From assembly GCA_904063045.1 (NCBI GenBank), contig CAJFCJ010000005.1, forward strand, positions 3,156,165-3,220,164: a stretch of DNA of 64,000 nucleotides, written 5' to 3'. The position numbers and the translations under genes were made by a program. Below the pieces are notes generated by a model. That model saw only the letters and a program-made list of their open reading frames with translations, was not told the DNA's origin and made no database searches. Source of the stretch: Dimorphilus gyrociliatus (Eukaryota > Animalia > Annelida). The first letter of the stretch is position 1. The number at the start of each line of letters is the position of its first letter. Shown here piece by piece: positions 1-12,770 of this stretch.

Positions 1-170
1 AATAACTTTCATAAACAATTCATAAGTGAAAAATATAAAGTAAATGTATTGTATGTAGATTTTTTATCTTCTTTAACTTGTATGTTTCAAGATCAAATAC
101 TTAATATATATCTTTAAGCATTTAATCACTATCAATGATAAGGGGCGGCAAAAGAAAGACAATTGAAAGT

Positions 171-3100
171 TTAAGAATTGTTTTTTTCCGGTTCAACAGA
201 TCCAGTCTTCTTTCTACAAAATCGGCATCCTACTCTTCCAATAGCTTCAGCCTCTTCTAAAGTATCCGGCATTGGTTTCCCACTGGTTTCCGGTAACAAG
301 ACAGTTAGCGCAAATGATGCAAAACCAAAGACTCCAAATATTAACGCTGGAAGGTATTTTTGTACTTTTTGCTGTGTTTTAAGAGAAAAGACATAAGCGT
401 ATTAACCTAAATATTCCTGTTTATCAGATTAAAGACTCAGTATAGTATAGTATAGTATAGTATAGTACATATATATTAATATATATTAATATGTGTAAAC
501 TAACTAGACTTCCTCCAACATAGGGTGACGCCATCCCGCTTATTCTGGACACGGAACTACATATTCCTAGGGAGAGTGCTCTAATGGGCGTTGGAAATAA
601 TTCGGCTGATAAGACATAAGCAACGTCAAAAGAGACGGTTATGGACGCTTTACCCATCTAGAAAAATATGCAAATTGGTAAAAAAAATAATGGTAAAGAA
701 ATTTAAATATATCGACCATGCTTAGAGTTGTTTGTAGTGCTTGTGGTGCATTGAACGCAATCGCAAAAACGTTGGCAATAGACGTAACACCGGCGAAAAG
801 AAAAGCACCAGAAAAAGTGGGAACCCTTCCGTAGTATTTTAAACCAAATATGCATATTATATGAGCAGGAATTTCAACGATACCAGATAGAAAGGTATTA
901 AGGAATATGGATCCAGATAAAGTACCCGTATTCAAAGATAAGCCATAATAAACTAAACTATTAGTAAACCTGTTAAAATAAAAAATATATATATATATAA
1001 ATAAAGTTTATACTATGTACTTATCTGATATGTAATAAATAAGTAAATAAATAAAGTATACCATGCTATGCTGCATATAAATAGTTCCAAAGCAACTTGT
1101 CTGCTCTTTAACATATCAGAAAGGGTAACGGATTTCTCGTTAGCTTTCTCTGGATTGTCTGCTCTTTCATTTTCGTATATTGCTTTTAAATCTAAATCTG
1201 GTAGTGTTTTATTATTTATTCTTGCTACCTTTTCCAGTAGCTTTTTTGATTCTTCAAAACGTCCCTTGGAGAACAACCATCGAGGTGATTCTGGTAGAAT
1301 TAATAATAGGAGAAAGCTGGGCAGTATTGATAACGATAGGGTTAATTGCAATCTTTCTACTTGGCGTATAAAATAGGCTATTCCTGGTAAAATCATAAAT
1401 CCTATGGAGAAGAAGAATTGATAAAGTATTCCAGCTGATTCTCTGTAAATTGGTCCTATTAATTCCATCACTGTCAAACACAGAGCAGTATATATTTCAA
1501 TTTGGCCTAGATCGTACTTTTTTTTTAAATAAACATTGTTTTTGACAAGGAAAACAGATAAAAAACCTTGTCTTTTTACCTAGTACAAATCCTGCAATAA
1601 AAGTAAAATTTGATCCAATAGATTGGAAGAATCGAAAAATTAAGAAAAGAGCTGTATTTGGTGCGTATGCTCCACCTATCCCAAATCCCATATGTAAAAG
1701 GGTTCCTATACCCAAAACAACCTTTCGGCCAAATCTATAAATAGCCAAACATACGTAAAAACTTTTTTTAGATGGATATAAAGTATCGAAAGAAAGAAAG
1801 AAAGAAAGTATGAAAGAAGGAATAAAAGAAATTAAAAAAAAGAGAAATTAGAGCAATCAATTACGCTACAATAATATATAGAAATCTATAAACCTATCAG
1901 ACAGGAAACCGCAACATGAGCTTCCAATAAAAATACCTCCGATATAGACCGTCGAGGAAAATTGATTTAGCCAAGATTTCGAGCATACTTGATTATACTG
2001 AAAAAATGAATACTTATTTAAATAAAAGGCTAATTTAAATATTGATAATAGTCACTTCAGGATTTAAAATCATTGTCTTAATGGGAAAAGGCTTTCTAAC
2101 TTTTTGTATTTGTTTTAATATTATAAAAGGGATAAAATTAAGCAGGAATTGTAGATTTTGCTTTGAAAATGAATGTAGGCCGGGCACTGACCGATGCAAA
2201 CATGGCTGTAGACCAGGCTATTACGAGAGTGACAAGTTATTATGCGAACCTTGCGGAATGGGTAAATGGGGTTTTAATTGCTTGCAGAATTGTAGTACAG
2301 GGTGTTTAAGTTCTAAATGTAATAGGATTAACGGATTTTGTACAACTTGTACAAATGGTAACAAAACGGATAGATGCGAAACGTGTAATAATTCATACTT
2401 TCTTAAGGTTACGTCAAACTATCGAAAATGCGAACGCTGCAGTTCAAACTGTCGGTACAGTTGTAATGAAATAACAGGATATTGCTATGGTAATAAATGC
2501 CGTTCAGGTTGGACGGGACCGCGCTGTCTAGAAAAATGTAGGACGGGAACTTACGGTATAGATTGCAATAGAACATGCATCTCTCATCATTGTAAAGGAG
2601 GTAATACCTCTTGTCATCACGTAACTGGAGAATGTATAAATGGTTGCTCCTTTAAAAATCTTAATGTACCCTACTGCAGATGCGATCAATATTGTTTTAA
2701 TGACGGATTAAAATGTAATTGCGAGGGATTTCTTTCTCCTAAACTACTCTCTATAGTTCTGGTAGCAGCAATAGCAATTAATATAACGTTTACAGTGATT
2801 TTTTCGGTTACTTTAGCAGTTCTAAGGGTTGTTCACTGGGGAGCGATGAAAAAATTGGAAAGAGAGAGAATGTTAATGCTCCTTGATAAGCCTAAAGGTA
2901 CCTTCGGATCACCGGTTTCTTCAACCTTATCACTTTCCGAAACCAATCCTAAATGCTATATTGATCCAACCGGGCAGCCAACTAAGGATCGATTAGTTGA
3001 TAAATCGACAGATTGGTGTAAGCTAGGTAGAAATGGAAAATTACAGATCGATTTCGTACAAGTGCGATCAATCTTTTATATCGACACTAAAGAGAGCGAG

Positions 3101-4025
3101 GAAGAAATATCGGAAAGTCGAAAAAAATCTACCATTTCTATGACGTTGACTGACGATAAAAGATATTCCAATGCACTTTTAACACAGAAGACAGAACGGA
3201 TTAAAATCGGCTTAAGGGATCAAAAACAATCTAATACTCTAGTGGCAAACGTTTTAAATTCTCATAAAATTACGGCAACTCGTAGTTCTTTTCAAGATAA
3301 TATAGAAGAAGGTTTTGTTCTTGTTAATAAACCAGAAAATATCGATTTAACAAAAGTCCCTGGTAAAGGCATACTCAAGGTTTTCGAATCATTTCAATTG
3401 CAAAATGAACCATCGTCGTATGAAGATGAATCAGAAGATTTCTTTATGAGAGAATACAGCGCACTTGATGTAAATAGGCCTTGTACTTAGGGCGTAATAC
3501 TACCTTAACGAGGTGTACACTTGGGCTGTGCTCTTTTGAACATTGAGAATCAATGCCGAAAGCATTATTTTACGATGATGACGGGTGGGGATGGTAATTA
3601 CTACCAGTAAGAAAGGAAACGCCTACCTTAGATAAGGTTGTTAGTATAAACTGACTCTGATCAAAAACCCAATCATTCGGGCAATTTATTCTGGATGCAT
3701 TTGCCTGGAAGTATTTCCGATCCTCTTTCGTCCATCTAAGAAGTTCGTCATCGGTATAACTTGTATAATTAAGATTGAATACTTGACAATAGCTCCATTT
3801 GTCTTTTGTATCATCATCAGGCACGGCTATAAGACGTTGACGTTCGTGGGAAAATTTCGATAATCGTTCAATTTTGCACCAGTGAGGTTGATGGCCTCCA
3901 AGAAAATTCACAGATATATTCTGATAGCCATTATAAAATGATACTATGCCAATAAGACAGTATGCTAATAGTTGATAGACCCCGAAATGGCCAATTTTGT
4001 CAAATATTTCGTCAAAGCGTTTCAT
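171..4025 (-). CDS. SLC22 family organic cation/anion transporter (7 exons; intron 1 is about 1.6 kb)
   Basis: Exon 1 is 4025-3627 (MKRFDEIFDKIGHFGVYQ..PHWC, large extracellular loop). Exon 2 is 1997-1894 (YNQVCSKSWLNQFSSTVYIGG..LSDR). Later exons give FGRKVVL, ELIGPIYR, LPESPRWLFSKGRFEE, YYGLSLN, SAELFPTPIR and LLPETSGKPMPDTLEEAE, with stop TAA at 173-171. GT-AG junctions are in phase where checked. Confidence 0.95.
437..466. repeat. (TATAG)n pentanucleotide microsatellite in an SLC22 intron
   Basis: CAG TATAG TATAG TATAG TATAG TATAG TAC read directly from the sequence. Confidence 0.85.
2081..3490 (+). CDS. Intronless type-I membrane protein with Cys-rich EGF/laminin-EGF-like repeats (SCARF/MEGF10-like), nested antisense in SLC22 intron 1
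   Basis: The uninterrupted ORF starts at ATG 2081 (the track start at 2042 is TTG). It has a hydrophobic N-terminus, repeats such as CRPGYY..CEPCGMGKWGFNC and CRTGTYGIDCNRTC..CHHVTGEC, one TM segment (LLSIVLVAAIAINITFTVIFSVTLAVL) and a cytoplasmic tail of about 220 aa. Confidence 0.85.
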   Translation: MGKGFLTFCICFNIIKGIKLSRNCRFCFENECRPGTDRCKHGCRPGYYESDKLLCEPCGMGKWGFNCLQNCSTGCLSSKCNRINGFCTTCTNGNKTDRCETCNNSYFLKVTSNYRKCERCSSNCRYSCNEITGYCYGNKCRSGWTGPRCLEKCRTGTYGIDCNRTCISHHCKGGNTSCHHVTGECINGCSFKNLNVPYCRCDQYCFNDGLKCNCEGFLSPKLLSIVLVAAIAINITFTVIFSVTLAVLRVVHWGAMKKLERERMLMLLDKPKGTFGSPVSSTLSLSETNPKCYIDPTGQPTKDRLVDKSTDWCKLGRNGKLQIDFVQVRSIFYIDTKESEEEISESRKKSTISMTLTDDKRYSNALLTQKTERIKIGLRDQKQSNTLVANVLNSHKITATRSSFQDNIEEGFVLVNKPENIDLTKVPGKGILKVFESFQLQNEPSSYEDESEDFFMREYSALDVNRPCT

Positions 4026-4712
4026 ATTTACGCGATAACGATGAGTCTTATGTCCATCTGGGATTAAACGCTAGATTATTTTAATTATCAGATAAGGATA
4101 AGAAAAAAATAGGCGATAGACTGTATAATGTATTCGATAAATTTAAAAATAATTCTCAAATTCCTGTAACAACATTCCTTAATCAAAATTCCATTTTCTT
4201 CAAGTATATAAAACATGTCTATACAAATTATTCAAAGCACACACCGTGGAATGATATGGCCTATGTACAACACATTCACATCTTTTCCTTTCCTTTTTTG
4301 TTTTTTTTTACATGGCATTATTCATTCAGCCATTTATGAAAAAAAAACCTGACAGTCTCAAATAGTATACAAATTTTCAATCGTAGTAATTGCCTGCATA
4401 TTCAAAAGAATTGTCTCACTATCTCAATCTAAATACTCAAAACAAACGACGAACGACGCAAACAAACAGTCGATTAGCACTGTATATAAGAATCGATATA
4501 ATTTTTTGGGAAAAGGAAGGGACTAGAGAGATAGTACAAGCCCAAAAAAAGTATTGTCAAGTACACAGCTCACTAATCGTGGGGAAAAAATAGAACTAAA
4601 GGAAAAAAATGCAGTAAATAATTTTTATAAACAAGTTTGATGACGCCGCCTGCAGACATAATTCAGATTTTCACCATTGTCTTTTTTTCTACGCGAACTC
4701 AAGTGCAAATTT

Positions 4713-7700
4713 TCATTCGGATAAGAGCTTCTGCAGTAAACTGTGAGGACCTTGTTCTCCCTTCGGTATAGGTTCGCACCGAGGCTGAAGTGTTTTTAAA
4801 AAAAGAGCCGATTAATACTTATTAATTATGCAAGAAAGAAAATGAGTATTTGAATCAGATAAATCAACCTACCCTAGGCTCAGAGCTTTGTACAATTGAA
4901 ACTGGTGCTACCTGATTTCCAAGAGACGTAGTGACCATTAAACCTTGTTGGTTTGACGCCTGTAGTGGTTGAGATAGTTGCTTTCGAAAGAAATTTGTTG
5001 AGATGACATTAGCTCTAGAACCATGAGCTCCTAACTCTTCACCACGTAAGTGCATAGGATTAACCGTACAATGCGAAGGTCCTAAATCGTTTACGCCGCC
5101 CATTTGACGCATGCGTTCTGTATTTTTCTGGGATTCTGCCTTCTTTGAGGCAATGAATTGTTTTGCCAGCTGCGAAGTAAGCGGCGAGTTAGATTGCTGG
5201 CTGGTGAGTGAATTATCGTCTGTGTTAGTCTGCTGTGGTTGCTGAATTATTTCGTTTACTGCAATAAAATATAAAATATATTGACAAGAGTTGATCGTAA
5301 TACACTGTTTTCATAAACCAGAATAGCTTACATAGTGTGGTTATGTCATCTGGTAATTCACTCGAATCTTGTGATACTGGCTGATCGTTTTGTTGAACTC
5401 CTTGTTGCTTTCTATTACACAAGTTTCGTAATTCTTGTTTAACTAGAGTTCTCTTGTCTGTTATAGTGGATCCTCCAGTAGCAGAAAAATTGTTTTGTTG
5501 ACCAAGAAAATCGTCCAGATTTTGAATACCATTTTGCTGCGGATGGTCTGTTGAAGAAATAACTCTGCCACTAGTTGTTGTATGGCTGGCACGTTGGTCG
5601 AACTGTACCTAATAAATATGAGAATATATTCTAAATCTGACAGAAAGAACTTAGAATGAGGATAATAAAATTAGACTCTGTTGACAACAAATGGAGAAAC
5701 TCTATAAGCTTTTAAATCTATAATCTTCACACTGAAAATCGCATAGAAGCAAGTGTGTAGGCTGATATACATTGCCTACCTGCTGCGGTTGTAGGCGCTG
5801 CCAGCGAGGCTTTCCATACGATTGTGAAGGCTGCAGTGGTTGTGGTGGAAGAGGTGAAGGCAGCTGTTGTTGAGGCTGCGGCTGCGACTGTGTAACAGGT
5901 TGCATAGCACCCGAGTAAGGTTGTTGGTGGAAAGGACCATGTTGATTTGATCTCTGCTGTATTACACAACATTCAATCTAACTATCAAGCAAATATTTTC
6001 TTTCAACTAATTATTAATTACTAAAAGAGAAACGTATGAAACTACAGAAGAAATATTATCTAATATAAAACTAGTTTTGCAACAATCAGTAAACATGTTA
6101 TTTACTTAAAAATAATATAAAAAATATAGATTCTTTTTTTATCTAAACTTTCTAACTAACTCACCGGTACTGTAACATTCGGTCCAACTGCGTTCATCAT
6201 TTCATTCAAATTCATTAAAGATGTCCCATCAGCTGTATTACGCTATAGTAGTGGAAAAAAAAGCAAACATAAAATAAACACCTGTTTAATGTATAAATAA
6301 GAAAAAATATATAGTTTCGATAATAAATCATGACATACACTTGTCGTCGGCTGAATAATTATTTGCTGAAATTGTTGCTGGGATACGGCCGTAGTTTGAG
6401 GTTGTATATGTTGGCGCCGTTGCAATTCTCGCATCTTTTTGTGATTAGACTGAAGGAGAAGTCTATGACGAACGTTAGGGGCTGCATGGGGTATGTTTGC
6501 CTGAGGAACTTGACGGATCTGAGCAGCTTGATTTAATTGATGTTGGTTTGTCGCAACTGGTTGTACAATCATTGTCAATTGTTGCCCTTGTTGCTGGGGA
6601 GATTTTGCTAATTGGGGAACGGAAGCATGTTTATTTCCTTCCGAAATCAGCTCTTGCGTAATTTTATTAATAGCAATTTGCTCTGATTGTAATGAACTGT
6701 CTGAATTCAGAGTTTGAAGTATATCGGGATTGGCTGTCATCAATTGTTCTAACTGAGATAATATTTCATCTGTTTCAGACTGTTCAGTGAATTGAACTGT
6801 AGAACTGCTATTAGCACTATATTCTCTCCTCATTTCAGAAGCATCCTGCAAAACCTGCTGCAGCATCAAATCATCGCCAAAAGTATGCTCTGGTACATTA
6901 GATTGATTACCCACTGTTACTTGTGCTTGACTAACATCTATATCGAGTATACGGTCTTTACAAACGTGCATGGCTGGTGTAGCCGCTGGGTTAATGACTG
7001 TAGTGTTAACTATTGCATCTTTAGAAGTATCCTTTGATAATAATTTAGTTAGTAATTGGTTTCTCTCACGTAAGTTCTTGGGCCTAGAGGCTTGATTACC
7101 ATTATCAGGCTTATGTCGTTTGGCAGCAGGGCCAGAAGAAATTAGGTCATCATCTTGACCATCTTGATAAGATAGAAAATCACTTAGAGTCCTTGTGTCA
7201 TTGAAAGGAGTTGCTGGTGTTGCTGGAGTAACTGGTGTGGGCGGACCAGAAAAGACATTTTCAATATTCAAATTGGGAGTTTTTGGAGTCGTAAAAGACG
7301 TTTGCCGGCTAAAAGTTGACTGAACTTCATCTTCTTGGCTTAAAACAGATGATCTTCTATTCGATACTCTATTCTCTTGAATTTCCTCACTCCTTAGAAT
7401 ATCCTTCAAAAGATTCTTACTAGATTTCCTGCTGCTATTGCTCGAAACGTCCAAATCATCCTTCTCATTATTGAGCAAAGTTTTTAATATGGCGTTTCGC
7501 TCTTCTTTTTCTTCACCACAGTTAGAATACACTATAGTGATTAAGTTATAAAAAATTCAGTCAACTATTTGATTCAGCAAACAATTGAATAAATATAAAA
7601 ATCTTACGTTTATCGTTATCTGACAGTAGCTTTTTTAATATATAATTAGTACCCGTTTTAGAACTGGACGAATCAGGGCATTGAGCATCGTCTTGTTCAT

Positions 7701-10700
7701 TAGAATTAGCTGAAATAACCATTGGCGATAAAGCGGATGATTTACTATCGTCGTCTTGCAGTAGATTTCGTAATTTCGAATTACTTATTGACGTGAGGTT
7801 ACTCTTTTTCGAATCGGACGGCAAGGATTGTACACCTCTTCTTATAATCTTATGTGCCTCTCGCAACTTTCTATACTGATCCAGTGTTGCCGCTGGTACT
7901 GATGGCGTTGTTTTGCAGCCTGAAATAAGAGAAGGTTATGATAAAGCTCTACCATTCACACTGTATCTTTTAAGAGAAGTAAAACGATGAAAAGTTGAAA
8001 ACTTACCAGAACCCGAAAGGGGTTCGCCCAGAAGTAGTTGTAATTCAGACTCATGTGCTGAACTTACAGACACGTTTCTACATCCTACTGCGTAGAAAGA
8101 TAACATTATAGATAAGCAGAACATTATAGATTGTTTTGTCATTCTCACCTTGAGCAACTGGACTGGATAAAAAATTTGAAGTAGGTGGGGATGACACCGA
8201 CGCAGATGGAGGTGGTGTATGTACAGAAGAGGTTGTTGTTGCGAGATGTTTAGAAAAATGATCAATTGGTGATGAACCATGACCAACGTCAAGTACATCT
8301 GCTATGCTCACTTCTGATTTTTCAGGACCTACTGCACTAAGAAGTGTTGACAGAGATGATGAACCTGTATCCAGCATCGTCATAGAACCGCCACTACTTA
8401 ATTGTAGTGATGTATTTGTTGTGGATCTGGGCCTTATACCTCCGGTCGAAGACTCACGAGGTACAGCGACAAGACTTTTCATTAATGCAGTTCCTGCGCT
8501 ATTCTTCAGTTCGTGATCGCCTTCGCATTCTCGGACGACAGTATGCTCAGACATAATAAAAGTGTTTTGCCCCTGAAACTTTGTACTTTTCGTTCGAACG
8601 AACGCATATCTAGAATCGGCAAAACGTAATCTGTAAATATTACTTTGATCCGTGCCGTCGGTTAAAACTCTTTCGAAGTGTCTTATTAATAATTGTTGAT
8701 CGGCTGGTAAGCACCAGTCTTTAATATTACTTCCAATCATATCCGGATATTTCAAGTGAGTTGGATTCGTGTTTAGACTTTCAATATTTAAAATTTCACC
8801 TTTCTCATCTTGCTTAGTAATGAAAGAAACGGTACTATTAGTTGCTCTTCCCGCTTGAGCAGCTTTTTCCGGTGTGAGTCTTCGAGCAATACACACTAAG
8901 CATGATGATTGTTCTGAGTGAGGTGGAGGTGAAGAATCTTTCAATTGATTGTAAGACTGTACAACAGCCGCAATCTGCATATTCACGAAACTCGGTTGAC
9001 CTTTTATCGGAGCTTTTATATTCATGCGACAATTAAAGTTGCAACCCTCTTTCTTCGTTGTGGACGAAGGAGTCGATGAAGAACTGAGCAAAGACAGAGC
9101 GCTTTGAAAATGTTGGTATTCGGCTAAATGGACAAGATTAAACACAGTCTTTCCAATTAAATCGTCTTGATTGTATCCAATGTAAGCGGGAACATTTTCA
9201 GAAACGAAATCAATTCGACCGTTACTGTTTATCACCAGCAGAAAACCGTCTAATGCTTCAAGTACAACACCACCGAGAACTTCTGTATTTATCAACGTTG
9301 GTCGACTGCTGGATACTTGGGATTGCTGGACGTCTTCGTTAGTAGAGCACGCTGTTAAAAAAAGAATTTGTTTAGATGGAAAATGAAATAGGATTTTAAG
9401 TGTTTTAAAATGGTAATCAAGAAATATTCAGGCAATAAAAAGTAATAAACATTACGATATTAATAAAAAATAGTAAATAAATAACCGTTTTCTGTTGTAA
9501 TTTGCTTGATTTGGTTTACAGTCTGTTCGAGTAGAGCACTTTTATCAGGTTTCATATAAAATGTGTTCATATCCTTATTGGATAACAATTCCGCTAGCTC
9601 CTCGAAGTAGATGTTTTCCTGTTCTCTTCGGCGTTTCTCGTTCAGACATTTGCTACTGTACAATTAAAAAACGAAATTTTTTTTATTAAGTATAATTATA
9701 AAAATGCGTGAATACAAGTTGTAACAATGAAAAAATAATAATCAATAAGATTCTTGGTAGAGATATAATATAATTTTTATTTTACATTGTATTTTTTTTA
9801 TACAATTATTATTTTGATGATATAATTTTGATTTAAAATTGTGTAAAATTTCAGTAACATATTGTTGAATAAAGGCATTTATGAAAAGCACTAGTTTGAC
9901 TCGTTGTACAAGTATAATAGCAAGTTGACTGTAATACGCAAAAAAAAAAAAAAAAGGGGAGGGGGGAGAAAAGAATGGAATAGGAAAAAGAGGGAGTGGT
10001 AAACTGTCTATGAAAAGAATAAAGGAAAATGAAGAGGATAAAGATAAAGAGAGACAAGTATAGATAGACATTTATAAATGTATATTAGCATATAAAATAT
10101 AAAGAGAGAGAGAGAACAGATCGTAGTTCGAGAAGACGGAGGGAGGGAGGAGAAAAAAGAAATAGCGAAATACACTGAAGGGAATATAAACTAAAACCAT
10201 GTTGTTATATCTCTTTTATATGCGTATTGGCGTGTACGTATACATACGTAGGTACATAAATACAACAACTACGTCATTTTCTAAATCTTTTTATAAAGAA
10301 TAATATTTTGCTAGCGGAACTGTATGAATAGAAAAAAACTTGTACATAAATTGAAATATTTACGTCATGACTATTCATGAATAAAAATCTATACAATATT
10401 AGAATAGCACATAATTCAAGCTAATAGTAAGTAAAAAAAATATAGGCATATGGATATTGCTTTTGTTGCACATGGTCTCAATCGTTCTTTGGTATGAATG
10501 CAATGAAACGTGCGAGTACACGCACTTGCGGAACGCATTACAAGTGCCACGGACATAAAACATCCACGGCACAGAAAGATCGATAACAGAGACACCTGTC
10601 AAAATCCTTAATGAAATGTGCGAAATATATGGATGGGACTTGAATTTTTAGCAAAAATAGGCAAAAAAATTCTGGGTTACTTATGGTAAAAAAAAGAACA

Positions 10701-11447
10701 AAAAATACCCTATAAGGTTAATAGCATAGAAAGATTAATGACGTAATACCTTAATTTTTACTGTTTGCGAGTAAATTGTCGAAATCCGATGTAATTCCGC
10801 CATTAAAATGACTAGAATTATAGAGAAAAACGCCAAAAATTAAATATAAAAATATTCCGTGTTGTTATGAGGAGGAAACTGTAAAGTTTACTCTCAGATA
10901 GCCAATCATAGCCGTCCGTTCTTCTCTGTTACGTAATCGGCGCCATTGCGGCGTACATTACTGCCATCTATTGTACCTTCCCTGATTTTTATTGCACCTT
11001 AAACCCCCTCTAGGCTCTTACCCTTCCTTAACATTCTTTAAATGGCATCGTAGTCTCAGAATTTACTATGGAACATTTCTATTCTTCTTAGAAAACCACG
11101 CTTGTTTGAACATAGAGAATTGCACAAGCCACTGCGCTTGAATAGAGGCATAACAATGTTGGAATTGAACGCATTATTGAGTGCAACGGCGTAGTTGAAG
11201 TATTATATTATTCAAGTATTGGGCTTCGTAAAATATTCAATATATTTCCTAGTGCTCGTTACTAATTGTAGCGAGAATAAATTGGAATTGGTCCATATAA
11301 AATTTTACCCGAGAAGAATAAAGGCACTTACGTTTGAGATTGAGGTTTATTTTGATGCGAATTAGAAGACGTACTTGTTACGCAATTTCCAGCTATCGTC
11401 GCATCCAATTTTGAATCGTTTTGCAGTAGATCGCTTAGTGTATTCAT
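4713..11447 (-). CDS. NCOA: Nuclear receptor coactivator p160/SRC family (taiman-like bHLH-PAS)
   Basis: Exon 11447-11332 ends KPQSQ and splices in phase to the bHLH exon ([32 protein letters not shown]). PAS-A ([24 protein letters not shown]) and PAS-B follow, then several LxxLL motifs and Q-rich exons. The C-terminus is SLLQKLLSE*, with TGA at 4715-4713. The true 5' start may lie slightly further upstream. Confidence 0.93.
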
Positions 11448-12099
11448 TACCAGCAACCAATTCTATAAAATAGTTGATTTACATCCTTTCGTAGTCCTGC
11501 AAAGATTATTCGATTACTTGCTTCCGCTAATTAGGACTACCCCTCAAATGAGCATTTATTAAATCGACGTGGCGGCGGCAGCTGACGACACATACCACTA
11601 TTATCAAACTACAATTACCAGCTGTAAAAAGGACAAAGTCCTTTCAAGTGTGATAAAAAAATTGATATGAGATTCATATCTACTGATGAACGAAAGACTG
11701 TCGTAGTTTTTCTAAAAATTCAATACTGCTTCTTCATGTCTCGTGAGAATGATTAAGCAAACACGTTTATTCTTTTCTGTAGACCTATTCAATTGTTTTT
11801 ACATATACCTGATATGCACGAACAGCTGAGTGACATCAGTAGGTCCCTACATAATTTCGACAATCAATGCATAGTCTTGCATAATATCCATTAAATTTAC
11901 AGTAGAAGTATGACTACGTCGATCTATGGCTTACAGATCGTTAAGTTAATAAGAAGTATTAGGATTAAGATGGCCTACTGAAGTGTAATTTAAACTGATA
12001 TATTTTCGTTGTTTAGACTTACGTTAGGTAGTAATTCAACTTCTAGAATCTTGAAATTTCCTTCAAATGAATTGTTAATCCAAAGTTAAGGCACAGATT

Positions 12100-12240
12100 A
12101 TTTAGACAACCCCGCCCTTTTGGGGTAACAAACCGAGAAAATTTAGTGAAAAACTGAGAAGAGGGCCGCCATTGAAATTAGACTCATTTGCATAATATAG
12201 ACGGGAATGCCTAGCAATATAAAACTTCGTTAGCAACAAA
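12100..12240. promoter_or_regulatory. Probable bidirectional promoter of NCOA and FBXO10
   Basis: GC box CCCCGCCC (about 12110), YY1-like GCCGCCATT (about 12165), octamer ATTTGCAT (12186-12193) and RFX-like half sites (CTAGCAAT, TTAGCAAC) lie between the divergent genes. Confidence 0.4.
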
Positions 12241-12770
12241 ATTTTAGCACAAAGTAAAAGTTTATTTTAAGAAATATTATCTGTAAAATAAAAACAAAAT
12301 TTTTAATTATTAGTTCTAAAAATAAATGGAAAGTACCTAGAATTAATATAAAATAATAATTTTGTCGCTTCAGGCAGATTTGGGGCTAAAATATGGTTCG
12401 ATCCTGTTGTTAATAGTTTTTTTCCCAATTAAAGAAATAATTAAAAAATAATTTTTACGTATTAATTTAATGAATTTAGAAAAACAAATTATGATAAAAA
12501 AGATGGACACCGTAAAACAAAGGTAGATCTAATTTCGTTGGATCCCTTAAAAGTAATCAAAGTTCTTATTTGTGCCTTTTATTGGTATAATTCGGACAAT
12601 ATAGCCAATGTTACTTGGAAAATCAAAAGATGTTATTAGTTATTAGTTTATAATCAATTCTTCATTTCTGGAAATGGATCCAATATTGAATATATTTTAG
12701 GTGCCTACCAATTTTGACTGGGATCCGTATATTCGTGTTGTTTGTTTTTGTTCAGAGTACCTTCTCGAAA

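Noticed and set aside
178-396. Plus-strand 72-aa ORF
   Set aside because: It is the antisense shadow of the last SLC22 exon.
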